From the NCBI GenBank assembly GCA_963767925.1, contig CAVYGB010000002.1, positions 1,120,001 through 1,184,000 on the forward strand: a stretch of 64,000 nucleotides of DNA, in the 5' to 3' direction. Shown one piece after another: positions 9,546-19,665 of this stretch. The DNA is from an uncultured delta proteobacterium. Its GTDB lineage: Bacteria > Myxococcota_A > Polyangia > Fen-1088. Made by a program: the position numbers and the translations under genes. A model generated the notes under the pieces. It searched no databases and was not told the DNA's origin. It saw only the letters and a list, made by a program, of their open reading frames with translations. Every line of letters starts with the position of its first letter. Within the stretch, counting starts at the first letter, position 1.

Positions 9546-11846
9546 TCAGGCGGCCGGGCGGAACCAGCCCGCCGCCAACGCGCGTTCGCGAACGAGGAAA
9601 AACAGGATGGTGGTCAGCGCCGCGAACAGGACGGCGCTGGTGAGATAAAAGTGCAGGACCAGGTCGGGCACCAGCACGGTGCCGTACTGGACGACGCACA
9701 TCAAGAGCAAGGTGGCCCAGATGCCCGCCCCGGTGGGGGAAAGGGGTGGGTCCCCGCCGGTGGCCGACCGCTCCTCCACCAGCAGCGGCAGCAGGAAGAC
9801 GAAGTGGATGTAGTAGTTGCCCGGGTAGAGCAGCACCGGGATGAGGGGCAGGCCCAGCAACATGGCCTGCTCGGCCCGCTTGCCCCGGGCCGCCACCGCC
9901 ACCATGCCCAGGTAAAACAGGATCCCGGCGATGAACACCGGCAGCCGGGCCCGCAGCACCAGGTGCTGGTTGCCGTCCGAGCCGGCGATCAGCGAGCGCA
10001 GGCTGAGGTGGCTGGGGTGGGGGTCGGAGGAGAGCTGCGCCACCTTGTGCAGCCAGTCGCCCCAGGCCTGCACCGGCAGCACCGCCGCCGAGAAGGCGAA
10101 CAGCAGCACCATGGCGATGCCCCCACCCAGCAGGATGCGCACGGTGTTGCGGTGCTGCTCGAGGATGGCGCGCAGCCCCGGGAAGGCGCCGTGGGTCCGC
10201 CGGTGCTCCCAGATGCGCCACAGGCCGGGGATGCACACCGCCACGAAGGCCAGGCCGGGGAAGGCGCGGATCATCGTGGAAAAGCCGATCAGGGCCCCGC
10301 CGAGCAGGAAGTTGTTGCGCTTGAGGGCGCAGGCGGCCAGCCCCAGGTAGGCCAGCCAGTCGTGGCGCAAGGTGGACCCACCCCAGTTGGTGCCGTACAT
10401 GATGAAGTCGTTGGCCCCGAACACGGCCGCCGCCACGAACATCGTGCGCAGCCCGAAGGTGCGGCCGATCATGGCGAACATGAACAGCAGCAGCACCAGG
10501 TCGATCATCCCGGTGGCGAGGAAGGCGCCGTTGCTGGGGGCCAGGTTGCTGAACATCAGGTAGGCGATGCTCATCCAGACCGGGGTGGCGTTGCCCCCCA
10601 TGTCGTGCATCGTGTCCAGCCAGTGGGGCGTGCCCATCACCTCCCGGAAGTAGCGGGCGTCCTCCTTGTAGGCCGCCCAGCGCTCGGGGGAAAAGCGCGC
10701 GCGCACGGCGTCCACCGCGTCCTGCTTCTCGCCGACGGTGCTCATGCGCAAGGTCTGTAGATCCCGCATCGGCAGGCGGTAGATGGCGTCGAGGTTGGCG
10801 TCCTTCTCCTCGCGGTAGGCGGCCATGTCGGCCACGTAGACGTCGCGGTAGCCGATCTCCTCGAAGTACTTGGCGGTGGGGTAATACTGCCGCAGGTCGA
10901 GGTAGTGCACGAAGGTGTCTTCCCCCCGGCGCTCGTCCCGAAACTGCGGCTGCCCGAGGTTGTAAAAGGCGAGAAAGCCGAGGGCCCCCATCAGGCCGAG
11001 GGTGCCGAGCACGACGCCCCGGTGGGCGGGGAACCGCACCGGCGGGAAACACTCGCGCAAGACGGCGACCGCCGCCACCAGGCCGATGATGGCCCGCCCC
11101 AGCCCGACCGAGCGCGGGTCGACCGGCATGCCGCCGCGGAACACGATCAGGCACCACAGGCCGCTGCCGGCCGCCAGCAGCACCAGCAGCCCCAGCCAGG
11201 GCAGGCGCGCGCCCCGGTGGGAGAAGACAACCAGCAGCAGCAGGGCCAGCCCGAACCACAACATCGCGTCGCGCACCTGCTGCTCGGACGAAGCGCTGCG
11301 CACCCGCTCGATGCTGGGCGGGAAGCTGGGCGGGACCGCGGCGAAGAGCTGCACCTCGCTCAGCGAGTAGGCGCCGTCTCCCCCCTCGGCGCGGATGCGC
11401 ACGAAGCGCCCGCTGGCCTCGAGCTTGTCGCTGCTGCGCGCGCGCAGGCCGGCCTCCGGCTCGGGGCCCGCCCGCCAGGCGGTCTGCCAGGTCAATCCGT
11501 CGGGCGACACCTCGACCAGGTAGACGTCGTTGTTGTCCCCCTGCAGCCAGGCTGCTGCCAGGCTGGTGGTGGCGCCGAGGTCGTAGACCACCTGGGCGCT
11601 CGCCGCTTCGAAGTGGGCGGTGGCGCCGGTGCGCCAGAAATCTCCCTCGCGGCCGGCCCGACCATCGGTGAGCACCTCGGCGCGCCCGACCCCCCGCCCG
11701 CTGCTCGGGCTCTTGCCGGCCAGCAGATTGCTCTGGGCCAGGGCGGGGCCGCTGGCGAGCGCGACGGCCAGCAAGGCGGCCACGGACACGGCCCGGACAG
11801 CCGGGAGAGCCGGCAGACGCAACGCCCCAATCATGGTCTGGTTCAC
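9546..11846 (-). CDS. discoidin/F5-8C-like domain fused to a polytopic membrane domain (possible GT-C-type)
   Basis: YDLG..., LQGDNND, RFVRI, YSLSEVQ beta-sandwich motifs followed by many TM helices. Confidence 0.65.
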   Translation of the reverse strand: MNQTMIGALRLPALPAVRAVSVAALLAVALASGPALAQSNLLAGKSPSSGRGVGRAEVLTDGRAGREGDFWRTGATAHFEAASAQVVYDLGATTSLAAAWLQGDNNDVYLVEVSPDGLTWQTAWRAGPEPEAGLRARSSDKLEASGRFVRIRAEGGDGAYSLSEVQLFAAVPPSFPPSIERVRSASSEQQVRDAMLWFGLALLLLVVFSHRGARLPWLGLLVLLAAGSGLWCLIVFRGGMPVDPRSVGLGRAIIGLVAAVAVLRECFPPVRFPAHRGVVLGTLGLMGALGFLAFYNLGQPQFRDERRGEDTFVHYLDLRQYYPTAKYFEEIGYRDVYVADMAAYREEKDANLDAIYRLPMRDLQTLRMSTVGEKQDAVDAVRARFSPERWAAYKEDARYFREVMGTPHWLDTMHDMGGNATPVWMSIAYLMFSNLAPSNGAFLATGMIDLVLLLFMFAMIGRTFGLRTMFVAAAVFGANDFIMYGTNWGGSTLRHDWLAYLGLAACALKRNNFLLGGALIGFSTMIRAFPGLAFVAVCIPGLWRIWEHRRTHGAFPGLRAILEQHRNTVRILLGGGIAMVLLFAFSAAVLPVQAWGDWLHKVAQLSSDPHPSHLSLRSLIAGSDGNQHLVLRARLPVFIAGILFYLGMVAVAARGKRAEQAMLLGLPLIPVLLYPGNYYIHFVFLLPLLVEERSATGGDPPLSPTGAGIWATLLLMCVVQYGTVLVPDLVLHFYLTSAVLFAALTTILFFLVRERALAAGWFRPAA

Positions 11847-11984
11847 GGCCGCGCAGCATAGCCCGCAGGCCGGAGCGCTCAAAGGTTGGGCCAGCGGGGG
11901 CTGACCGCGTCGGTGGGGGCTATCGCGCCGGCCGCTCAGGGCCGGGGCCCGGGGCGGAGGCGGCGCGCGATCGAGGTGAAAGCT

Positions 11985-12194
11985 CTACCCTTCGGAGGTG
12001 AGCAGGCGGGCCGCGCGCTGAGCCTGCGCGGCCGCCAGGATCCGCGCGAGGGCGGAGGTGGCGAGCCGGGTGGCCCGCCGCGGATCGGCCGTCAGCCGGC
12101 CCGCTTCGTCGAACAGCGCGACCACGATGTCGCCCAGCCTGGCGGTGGCCGTGGACGCCTTGCGCTGGGTGGTGCCGTCTCCTGCGTGTTTCAT
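11985..12194 (-). CDS. small hypothetical protein (69 aa)
   Basis: MKHAGDG...LGDIVVALFDEAGRL; helical composition. Confidence 0.5.
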   Translation of the reverse strand: MKHAGDGTTQRKASTATARLGDIVVALFDEAGRLTADPRRATRLATSALARILAAAQAQRAARLLTSEG

Positions 12195-12630
12195 TGGGAC
12201 CTTGCTCTGTGAACCCCCGCCGGGCTCCGGTTTATTCCGGCGGAGGCCGAACCGTTGCACCCGCGCCCGGGAGTGAAGTTCCAACGTCAGGAGGCATGTC
12301 TTCCAGCGTCCCGCTGACGCTTCGATCGGCGTGACGGCGCTCGCTTGCGGCGCGGGGGACACGGACGCTTCGTTTGACGGGGGCCGCGTTTTGAAGGTCG
12401 ACGCGCCACCCGCTTCTTCCAGCCGCGGACCGTGACGGCTCGGTGACGGACCGGGCAACGACCGAGAACCACAGGCCAACTGGCGGGGGCACTTCGACGG
12501 GCGTGTGCCAGCGGCGGCGCGCGCGGTGACGTTGTGGCACCCGCCGTAAGCAGAACGGTCACCGGAGGTTCGTTCTCGCGCTCGAACCGGCGAACGTCGT
12601 GCAACGGCGCGACCGCGCCGTCGCCGGACC

Positions 12631-12668
12631 GTCACATTGTTCACAGGACAGTTCTCCCAGAGTTCACC
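12631..12668 (+). promoter_or_regulatory. Pho-box-like direct repeats upstream of TonB operon
   Basis: GTTCAC 12639, GTTCTC 12651, GTTCAC 12662 (spacing 12 and 11), plus GTCACA 12631. Confidence 0.4.
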
Positions 12669-12709
12669 TGGCGCGAGATCGGACCGGATATAAGCCCCGA
12701 TCAGGGCAG

Positions 12710-13393
12710 ATGTTCGAGGATTTCGACAGATCACGGGCCTCCCGCGAGGGGCGTGGCCGCATGGGGGTCTCCTTCCTGATCTCGGGTGGGATCTTCGTCG
12801 GCATCGCAGCCGCGCTGGCCGCGGCCATCGCCACCGCCCACGTGGTGGTCAAGCGCCAGCAGCGCGACGTGCAGGTGGCCTTCGCCAGCTTGCCCCGCGC
12901 GCCCAAGCCCCGCCCGCTGGTCAAGGCCCAGCCCGGCCGGCGCAAGGTCGCCACGCCGGTGGCCCGCCCGCCCAGCGCGGTCCCCCAGGCCCGGCCCGAG
13001 GAGGCCGAGGGCGAGCTGACCGAGGCGGGCACGGTCGGTCCGGTCGAAGGTTTCACCGACGGACAGGGTGGCAACGGCAACAGCCGCGGCATGTCCCCCC
13101 AGGTGACCGAGACCATCGCCGAGCCGAAGTTCCTGTCGGGCTGCCGGGCCCCCGAGGTCCCCGAGGCCCTCACCGCCACCGCGGCGACCATCGAGATCGA
13201 CGTGCGCATGTTGATCGACGTGCGCGGGCTGGTGCGGACGGCGGAGGTGTTGCGGGCCCACCCCCTGGTCCCCAACGACGTGATCCTGAGCTGCGCGCGC
13301 GCCCAGGTGTTCAAGCCCGCCCACCTGCCCGACGGAACGCCCGTGCCCTACCCCTTCCGCCGCCGCTTCGTGTTCCTGCCCGCGCGGGTCTGA
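12710..13393 (+). CDS. TonB-like energy transducer
   Basis: N-terminal TM, Pro-rich linker, TonB_C-like end (FKPA..DGTPV); first gene of ExbBD operon. Confidence 0.75.
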   Translation: MFEDFDRSRASREGRGRMGVSFLISGGIFVGIAAALAAAIATAHVVVKRQQRDVQVAFASLPRAPKPRPLVKAQPGRRKVATPVARPPSAVPQARPEEAEGELTEAGTVGPVEGFTDGQGGNGNSRGMSPQVTETIAEPKFLSGCRAPEVPEALTATAATIEIDVRMLIDVRGLVRTAEVLRAHPLVPNDVILSCARAQVFKPAHLPDGTPVPYPFRRRFVFLPARV

Positions 13394-13429
13394 GCGCGGG
13401 CGACGAGAACGAGAAAAGGAAAGACCAGC

Positions 13430-14173
13430 ATGCACTTCAATCTGATCGAGCTGTGGCAGGGGATGAACAACCTGGTGCGGATGGTTGTCCTCGTGCTGAC
13501 CATCCAGGCCGTGCTGTGCATCGCGGTCACGGTCGACCGGATCATCATGCTGATCGGGGCCTACCGGAAGGGCCGCCGCTTCGCCCGCGCCGCCGGCCCG
13601 CTGCTGGCCCGGGGGGATCTGCCGGGCGCGCTGGCGGTGGCCCGCCAGGACAAGGGCAGCCACCTGGCCGGCTTCATCCGCACCGGGGTGGAGACCTTCC
13701 TCGATCGGCGGCGCCGGGGCCTCGACCAGAGCAAGGCGGCCGAGCTGAGCGCGCGGGCCCTCGAGCGCAAGGCCGACAGCCTCAGCGACTCGCTCAACAA
13801 GGGCCTGAACATCCTCGCCTCGACCGGGTCGACCGCCCCCTTCATCGGGCTGCTCGGCACCGTGCTCGGCATCCTCAACGCCTTCAAGCTGGTCGGCCAG
13901 GAGGGATCGGGCGGCATGGCCACCATCGGCACCGCCATCGCCGAGGCCCTCGTCGTCACCGGCTATGGCCTCATGGTGGCCATCCCCTCGGTGCTGCTGT
14001 TCAACTGGCTCAGCCGCCTCATCTCCCGCTACGAGGCGGGGCTGACCCACGCCCGCAACGAGCTGGTCGATCACCTGGCCGGCGGGGGCGACACGAGCGA
14101 CGACGGCATCGAGGCCGAGCGCGACGTGGCCAGCCCGCCCATCGGGCGCGCCCCCGCCGTCTCCTCCGCCTAG
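13430..14173 (+). CDS. MotA/TolQ/ExbB proton channel protein
   Basis: STAPFIGLLGTVLGI, IAEALVVT. Confidence 0.93.
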   Translation: MHFNLIELWQGMNNLVRMVVLVLTIQAVLCIAVTVDRIIMLIGAYRKGRRFARAAGPLLARGDLPGALAVARQDKGSHLAGFIRTGVETFLDRRRRGLDQSKAAELSARALERKADSLSDSLNKGLNILASTGSTAPFIGLLGTVLGILNAFKLVGQEGSGGMATIGTAIAEALVVTGYGLMVAIPSVLLFNWLSRLISRYEAGLTHARNELVDHLAGGGDTSDDGIEAERDVASPPIGRAPAVSSA

Positions 14174-14212
14174 CGGCCCGACGCCCCCAGAACCTCCGAA
14201 GGACCCCCCAGG

Positions 14213-14653
14213 ATGGGCTGCTCTGCCACCCCCCTCTCGCCCCGGGCGCGCCCGCGGCCGGTCATGAACGTGACCCCGCTGGTCGACGTCGTGCTCGTGC
14301 TGCTCATCATCTTCATGGTGGTGATCCCCGCGATGGAGCAGGGGATCGACGTGGTGGTGCCGGGGATCTTCAACGTCGATCAGAAGACCGAGGAGAAGAC
14401 CAAGCCCTTCCTGCTGTCGCTCACCGGCGACGGCAAGATCTACCTCGACGAGGACACCGTCGCTCCGGGCGCGCTGGAGAGCCGCTTGCGCCAGGTCAGC
14501 CGGCGCGAGCCGAACCGGCGCCTGGTCCTGCGCGGCGACGGCGGGGTCCCCTACGGCAAGGTCCGCAGCGTGTACCGCTCGGTGCAGGAGGTGGGCTTCC
14601 CCGGGGTCTCATTGCGGGTCAACCAGCGCAAGGGCGACGGCCAGGGAGAGTGA
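14213..14653 (+). CDS. ExbD/TolR protein
   Basis: MNVTPLVDVVLVLLIIFMV. Confidence 0.93.
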   Translation: MGCSATPLSPRARPRPVMNVTPLVDVVLVLLIIFMVVIPAMEQGIDVVVPGIFNVDQKTEEKTKPFLLSLTGDGKIYLDEDTVAPGALESRLRQVSRREPNRRLVLRGDGGVPYGKVRSVYRSVQEVGFPGVSLRVNQRKGDGQGE

Positions 14654-14657
14654 CGCC

Positions 14658-15104
14658 ATGGCGATGGACCTGACCGACCCCCGCAGCGCCAAACACGGCA
14701 AACGTGGCCGGGCCCACCCCGAGATGAACGTCACCCCCCTGGTCGACGTCGTGCTCGTGTTGCTGATCATCTTCATGGTGCTGACCGCGGTGCTCAACGA
14801 GCACTACTGGGTCAACATCCCCGAGAAGGAGAAGCCCGGCGAGATCGAGCCGCCGCCGGGCGACGGCGAGGAGCCGCTGGTCGTGCTGGTGAACCGCCAG
14901 GGGCAGATCCAGATCAACATGGACATCTACCCGGACCAGGAGTTCGCCGCCCGCCTGAAGCGCATGCTCGTCGCGCGCGGCGACCGCCGGGTGTACTTCG
15001 ACGCCGAGGACGGCGTGGCCTTCGAGCGGGCCGTGCAGGTCCTCGATATGGCCCGGGGCGGTGGGGCCGCCCACGTCGCCGTGCTGACCGAGAAGCTCGA
15101 ATAG
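14658..15104 (+). CDS. ExbD/TolR protein
   Basis: EMNVTPLVDVVLVLLIIFMV. Confidence 0.93.
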   Translation: MAMDLTDPRSAKHGKRGRAHPEMNVTPLVDVVLVLLIIFMVLTAVLNEHYWVNIPEKEKPGEIEPPPGDGEEPLVVLVNRQGQIQINMDIYPDQEFAARLKRMLVARGDRRVYFDAEDGVAFERAVQVLDMARGGGAAHVAVLTEKLE

Positions 15105-15117
15105 ACGAACTTTCATC

Positions 15118-17973
15118 ATGCTGATCGCGAGATCCCTGCCGGGGCGGGCGCTGGCCGCCGCCCTCATGGCCACCGCTCTGCTCGCGCTGCCCGCCCGGGC
15201 GGCGCGGGCCCAGGCGCCCGCGGGCGTCGCCGCCGAGCTGGAGGCGGGCGCCGACCGCCAGACCGGCATCGCCGGGCGCATCGTCGACCGGCGCAACAGC
15301 CGCGGTCTGGCCGACGCCCCCGTGCTGGTGCAGGGCGGAGGGCGCGCGCGCACCCTGATCACCGACGGCGAGGGCGTGTACCGGGTGGCGCTGCCCCCCG
15401 GCGTGTACACCGTGCGCTCGTACTTCGACCTCTACCACGGGGCCCGCATCGAGGGCGTGCAGGTCGAGCGGGGACGCGTCCAGGTTGTCAACCTGGTGCT
15501 CCGCCGCATCGACGAGGACCGCGACGTCGCGGTGGTCGAGCTGGAGATCCCCTACCGCGCCGACACGACCACCGCCGCCGCCCAGGACCAGCTCCGCCAG
15601 GCCTCGAGCGGCATCGGCGAGGGCTTCGGGGCCAAGCAGATGTCGCAGGTGGGGGCCAGCGACGCGGGCAGCGCCGCCGCCCGGGTGGTGGGGGTGAGCA
15701 TCGAATCGAGCCAGCTCGTGATCCGGGGGCTCGGCGGCCGCTACACGCGGGTGCTGCTCAACGGCATCTCGGTGCCGAGCATCGACCCCGACGTGCCGGG
15801 GGCCGACCTCGACCTGTTCCCCAGCGGCGTGATCGACAGCCTCACCGTCTCGAAGACCTTCTTGCCCGACATGCCGGCCGACTTCGCCGGCGGGGTGATG
15901 GAGATCCGGAGCATCAGCTTCCCTCGCCAGTTCACCCTGGAGATCGACACCTCGGTGGGGCTCGACACCCAGTCGAGCTTCCGCGAGCGCCTCGACTACC
16001 AGGGCGGGCGCTACGACAGCCTGGGCTTCGACGACGGCGGCCGGGCCTTACCCGCTGCCATCGCCGCCGACCGCCCGGTCAACGCCTACCCCACCGAGAC
16101 CCGCTACCAGGCCGCCCGCACCCTGCGCAACAACTGGCAATACGACCGCCGGGCGGCGCTGCCGAAGATGGGCATCGACGCCACCTTGGGCAACTCGATC
16201 AAGCTGCCCGGGCAGCGGCGCTTCGGCTACCTGCTGACCGCCGGCTACGAGAACGACAGCGTGCGCCGCCTGGGCTCCACCCGGGCCAACCCGATCATCG
16301 GCGAAAACGGCCAGCTCATCGCCCGCAACGACTACCGGGTGGAGAACGGGGTCGAGGAGGTGCGCCTCTCCGGCCTGGGCACCGCCAGCCTCGACCTGGG
16401 GGTCGATCACTCGATCAGCGCGCTGTCGCTGCTCAACCGCAGCGCCTCCGACGAGACCTCGCTGCAGACCGGGAACAGCTCCGACTTCGGGGGGGCCTAC
16501 CTCGAGAAGTGGCAGCTCCAGTACCTGGCCCGCACCCTCTGGTTCAACCAGCTCTTCGGGGACCACCGCAACCTGGGGGGCACCCGCTTGCGCCTGCGCT
16601 GGGCAGCCTTTCAGGCCTACGCCGAGCGGGACGAGCCCGACCGCCGTACGGTGGCCTACGGGGACAACGGCGGCACCTTCGAGTGGCTGGTGCGCTCGGG
16701 GTCGGGCGAGCGCTTCTACAGCAACCTGCGCCAGGACGACGTGGGGGCCAACCTGAGCCTGCGGGCCCCGCTCTGGTCGGCCGCCTGGGTCACGCTGGGA
16801 GGGCAGACCCAGCGCTCGGATCGCAGCTTCAGCAACCGCCGCTTCCGCATGACCAAGAACCAGAGCAACGCGGACAGCACGGTCTACCAGCGGCCGATCG
16901 AGGAGCTGCTGAGCGCGCAGGCCATCGGCGACATCACCGACATCGGCGAGTTCACCCGCAACGACGACAGCTACCAGTCGCGCCAGGTCCTCTACTCGGG
17001 CTACACGTTGTTCGAGACGCCGATCTGGGGGCCCCTGTCGTTCGCCGGCGGCGTGCGCACCGAGATCCTGTCGCAGCAGGTGGAGTCGCGCAGCCCGTTT
17101 TCCACCCAGGTCGGCGCCAACATCAAGCGCACCGACCGCACCGACGTCGACTACCTGCCGGGCGGGGCCCTGAAGTACCAGCTCGGCGAGCGGATGTTGT
17201 TCCGCACCGCCTACGGCATGACGGTGGCCCGCCCCCAGATCCGCGAGCTGGCGCCCTATCAGTACTACGACTTCTTGCGCGACCGGGGCGTGGAGGGGAA
17301 CCCGGACCTCGAGCGCACGCTGGTGCACAACGCCGACCTGCGCTGGGAGTGGTTCTTCGCCGACGGGGAGATCCTGGCGGCCTCGGCCTTCTACAAGCGC
17401 TTCAGCGACCCCATCGAGCTGACCATCCTCGACCCGGTCACGGGCGGCTCGCAGTTCCGCAACGGCGAGCGGGCCCAGAACCTGGGCGGCGAGCTGGAGC
17501 TGCGGCTCAACCTGGGACGGCTGGGATCGGCCCTGCGCCCGCTCAACTTCGACGCCAACGTGGCCCTCGTGCGCTCGCGCATCGAGCTGCCCGACGAGCT
17601 GTCCCGGGCGGTGCGCGGCGATCGCCCGCTGGCCGGGCAAGCGCCCTACGTCGCAAACCTGTCACTGAGATTTTTCGAAGAGCAACGGGGTGTCACAGCG
17701 GCCCTCGTCTACAACGTGGTAGGTCCTCGCCTAGCAGACGTGGCGACCGTGGTTGCGACGGCCGCCGGGAACATCATCCCGCCCGACATCGAGGAGCAGC
17801 CGTTCCACTCGCTCGATCTGGTTGCCAGCCTGGAGACCGGCAACCACGTGAAGCTGAAGCTGAAGGTGCGCAACCTCCTCTGGCAACACCGGGAGCTGCG
17901 GCAGGGCGACTTTCTCATCCAGCGGACCGAGCCCGGCCTCAGCGTCTCGCTCGGCGCGACCATCTCCTACTGA
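15118..17973 (+). CDS. TonB-dependent receptor
   Basis: Signal peptide, N-terminal extension, plug motif IRGLGGRY, SKTFLPD, GNPDL, barrel C-terminus ending Y. Confidence 0.92.
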   Translation: MLIARSLPGRALAAALMATALLALPARAARAQAPAGVAAELEAGADRQTGIAGRIVDRRNSRGLADAPVLVQGGGRARTLITDGEGVYRVALPPGVYTVRSYFDLYHGARIEGVQVERGRVQVVNLVLRRIDEDRDVAVVELEIPYRADTTTAAAQDQLRQASSGIGEGFGAKQMSQVGASDAGSAAARVVGVSIESSQLVIRGLGGRYTRVLLNGISVPSIDPDVPGADLDLFPSGVIDSLTVSKTFLPDMPADFAGGVMEIRSISFPRQFTLEIDTSVGLDTQSSFRERLDYQGGRYDSLGFDDGGRALPAAIAADRPVNAYPTETRYQAARTLRNNWQYDRRAALPKMGIDATLGNSIKLPGQRRFGYLLTAGYENDSVRRLGSTRANPIIGENGQLIARNDYRVENGVEEVRLSGLGTASLDLGVDHSISALSLLNRSASDETSLQTGNSSDFGGAYLEKWQLQYLARTLWFNQLFGDHRNLGGTRLRLRWAAFQAYAERDEPDRRTVAYGDNGGTFEWLVRSGSGERFYSNLRQDDVGANLSLRAPLWSAAWVTLGGQTQRSDRSFSNRRFRMTKNQSNADSTVYQRPIEELLSAQAIGDITDIGEFTRNDDSYQSRQVLYSGYTLFETPIWGPLSFAGGVRTEILSQQVESRSPFSTQVGANIKRTDRTDVDYLPGGALKYQLGERMLFRTAYGMTVARPQIRELAPYQYYDFLRDRGVEGNPDLERTLVHNADLRWEWFFADGEILAASAFYKRFSDPIELTILDPVTGGSQFRNGERAQNLGGELELRLNLGRLGSALRPLNFDANVALVRSRIELPDELSRAVRGDRPLAGQAPYVANLSLRFFEEQRGVTAALVYNVVGPRLADVATVVATAAGNIIPPDIEEQPFHSLDLVASLETGNHVKLKLKVRNLLWQHRELRQGDFLIQRTEPGLSVSLGATISY
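17648..17697 (+). promoter_or_regulatory. intragenic Pho-box-like site in receptor 3' end
   Basis: GTCGCA 17650 and GTCACT 17661 (11-bp spacing), GTCACA 17692, inside a patch of rare codons. Confidence 0.4.
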
Positions 17974-18010
17974 TTTGCAAAGAGAACGAAAAGAAAGCGC
18001 GAACAGGAGA

Positions 18011-19447
18011 ATGACGATGAAACCCAGGAATGTCAGTGGTTGGGTGAAGCTCGCGGCCGTATTGCCCCTGCTGGGCGCCGGGATGCTGGGAGCTTGCGAG
18101 GACGAGACCGAGCCGACGCCCCCGGTGGGCGGCCCGGGCGGCAGCGGCGGCAGCGCGATGGTGATGGGCGGCGCCGGTGGCAGCGGCACCTCCACCGAGG
18201 TGGCGGTCACGGCGGACATCACCGCCGACACCACCTGGAGCCAGCCGGTGTACGTGCTCAAGCAGAAGATCTACGTCACCAACAACGCCAGGCTGACCAT
18301 CGCCGCCGGCACCAAGGTGCTGGGCGACGCCGGCACCACCGCCGACAACAAGCCGGCCCTCATCGTGTCCCGGGGCGCGCAGCTCATCGCCGTCGGCACC
18401 GCCGACAAGCCCATCGTCTTCACCTCGGGCGCGGCCGACGGCTCGCGCAAGGGCGGCGACTGGGCGGGCGTGGCCCTGCTCGGCAGCGCCCGTATCAACA
18501 CCGGCATGCCCTGCGCCAGCGGCGCGGCCGGCTGTCTGGAGAGCGGGATCGAGGGCATCCCCGCCAGCGAGCTGAAGGCCAAGTTCGGCGGCACCGACGA
18601 CGCCTCCTCCTGCGGCGAGCTCGAGTACGTCCGCATCGAGTTCGCGGGCGCCGAGCTCGAGCCGACGCGCGAGCTGAACGGCCTCACCCTCGGCGGCTGC
18701 GGCGAGGGGACCAAGCTCAGCTACCTGCAGGTGCACCGGGGCACCGACGACGGCATCGAGTTCTTCGGGGGCAAGGCCAGCATGGACCACGTGGTCCTGT
18801 CGGGCAACGAGGACGACAGCCTGGACTGGGACTTCGGCTGGTCGGGCAAGGTGCAGTTCCTGGTCATCCACCAGCGGGCCGGCTTCGGGGACAACGGCAT
18901 CGAGGGCGCCGGCTCGCCCTCCTCGGAGACCGCCGAGCCGCGCACGGCCCCCGTGCTGACCAACGTGACCATGATCGGCCGCGAGGGCGGCGGTCGGGCC
19001 ATGACCCTCAAGGAGGGGACCCGGGGCAAGATGACCAACTTCATCGTCCAGGGCTTCAAGGGCGACGTCATCGACTTCCAGGCCAGGACGGTCGACCTGG
19101 CGATGGAGTGGCCGGCCCAGCTCAGCGTCGAGAGCAGCCTGTTCTGGAACAACGCGGCCTACAGCAACGAGACCGGAACCAACGCCATGGGCCAGTCGCT
19201 CGACGACGACAAGGGCTTCGATGACAAGGCGGCCATCGAGTCGGCCGAGCGCAGCAACAAGCTCGACGTCGATCCCCAGATCACGGTGAGCGACACCGCC
19301 CCCAACTACGTGCCCAAGGCCGCCGGCGCCGACGGCCCCTTCGCCACCCCCACCTTCGGCGTCACCGCCGCCACCTACGCCGGCGCCTTCAAGGCCAACG
19401 ACCCCGCCCCCTGGACCGCCACCTGGACCGCCTTCCCGGCGAATTGA
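18011..19447 (+). CDS. surface lipoprotein, probable beta-helix partner of the receptor
   Basis: LGAC lipobox; GDWAGV, YVRIEFAG, DDGIEFFGG, DDSLDWDFGW; AGGAG RBS. Confidence 0.8.
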   Translation: MTMKPRNVSGWVKLAAVLPLLGAGMLGACEDETEPTPPVGGPGGSGGSAMVMGGAGGSGTSTEVAVTADITADTTWSQPVYVLKQKIYVTNNARLTIAAGTKVLGDAGTTADNKPALIVSRGAQLIAVGTADKPIVFTSGAADGSRKGGDWAGVALLGSARINTGMPCASGAAGCLESGIEGIPASELKAKFGGTDDASSCGELEYVRIEFAGAELEPTRELNGLTLGGCGEGTKLSYLQVHRGTDDGIEFFGGKASMDHVVLSGNEDDSLDWDFGWSGKVQFLVIHQRAGFGDNGIEGAGSPSSETAEPRTAPVLTNVTMIGREGGGRAMTLKEGTRGKMTNFIVQGFKGDVIDFQARTVDLAMEWPAQLSVESSLFWNNAAYSNETGTNAMGQSLDDDKGFDDKAAIESAERSNKLDVDPQITVSDTAPNYVPKAAGADGPFATPTFGVTAATYAGAFKANDPAPWTATWTAFPAN

Positions 19448-19625
19448 TTGTCCTCGGGACCCTCGAAGGGTCCCGCCCCCCCCGCGAAGCTCCGCGCCGA
19501 GCAAGCTCGGCGGCTCCGCACGCGATGGTAGCGGCAGTCCGCGGCGTTCCGCGAGCTCACCGAGCCAGCTCGGGGCTCCGCAAGCACTGACCACCTCCGA
19601 CCACGCACCCTTCACGCGGGCAACG

Positions 19626-19663
19626 GCCGCCTCCCACCAGGCGGCCCTGCCCGCGTTTTTTTT
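19626..19663 (+). terminator. probable intrinsic terminator
   Basis: GGCCGCCT-N6-AGGCGGCC hairpin with a T8 run shortly after, between convergent genes. Confidence 0.45.
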
Positions 19664-19665
19664 GG

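Noticed and set aside
8254..11859. Very long alternative-frame ORFs (for example 1201 aa here, 955 aa at 58666)
   Set aside because: Arg/Pro/Gly-rich shadow ORFs typical of high-GC DNA overlapping well-supported genes
19480..19590. Degenerate CCGAGC..GCTCGG palindromic pair
   Set aside because: Probably a minor REP-like or terminator structure; too weak to classify
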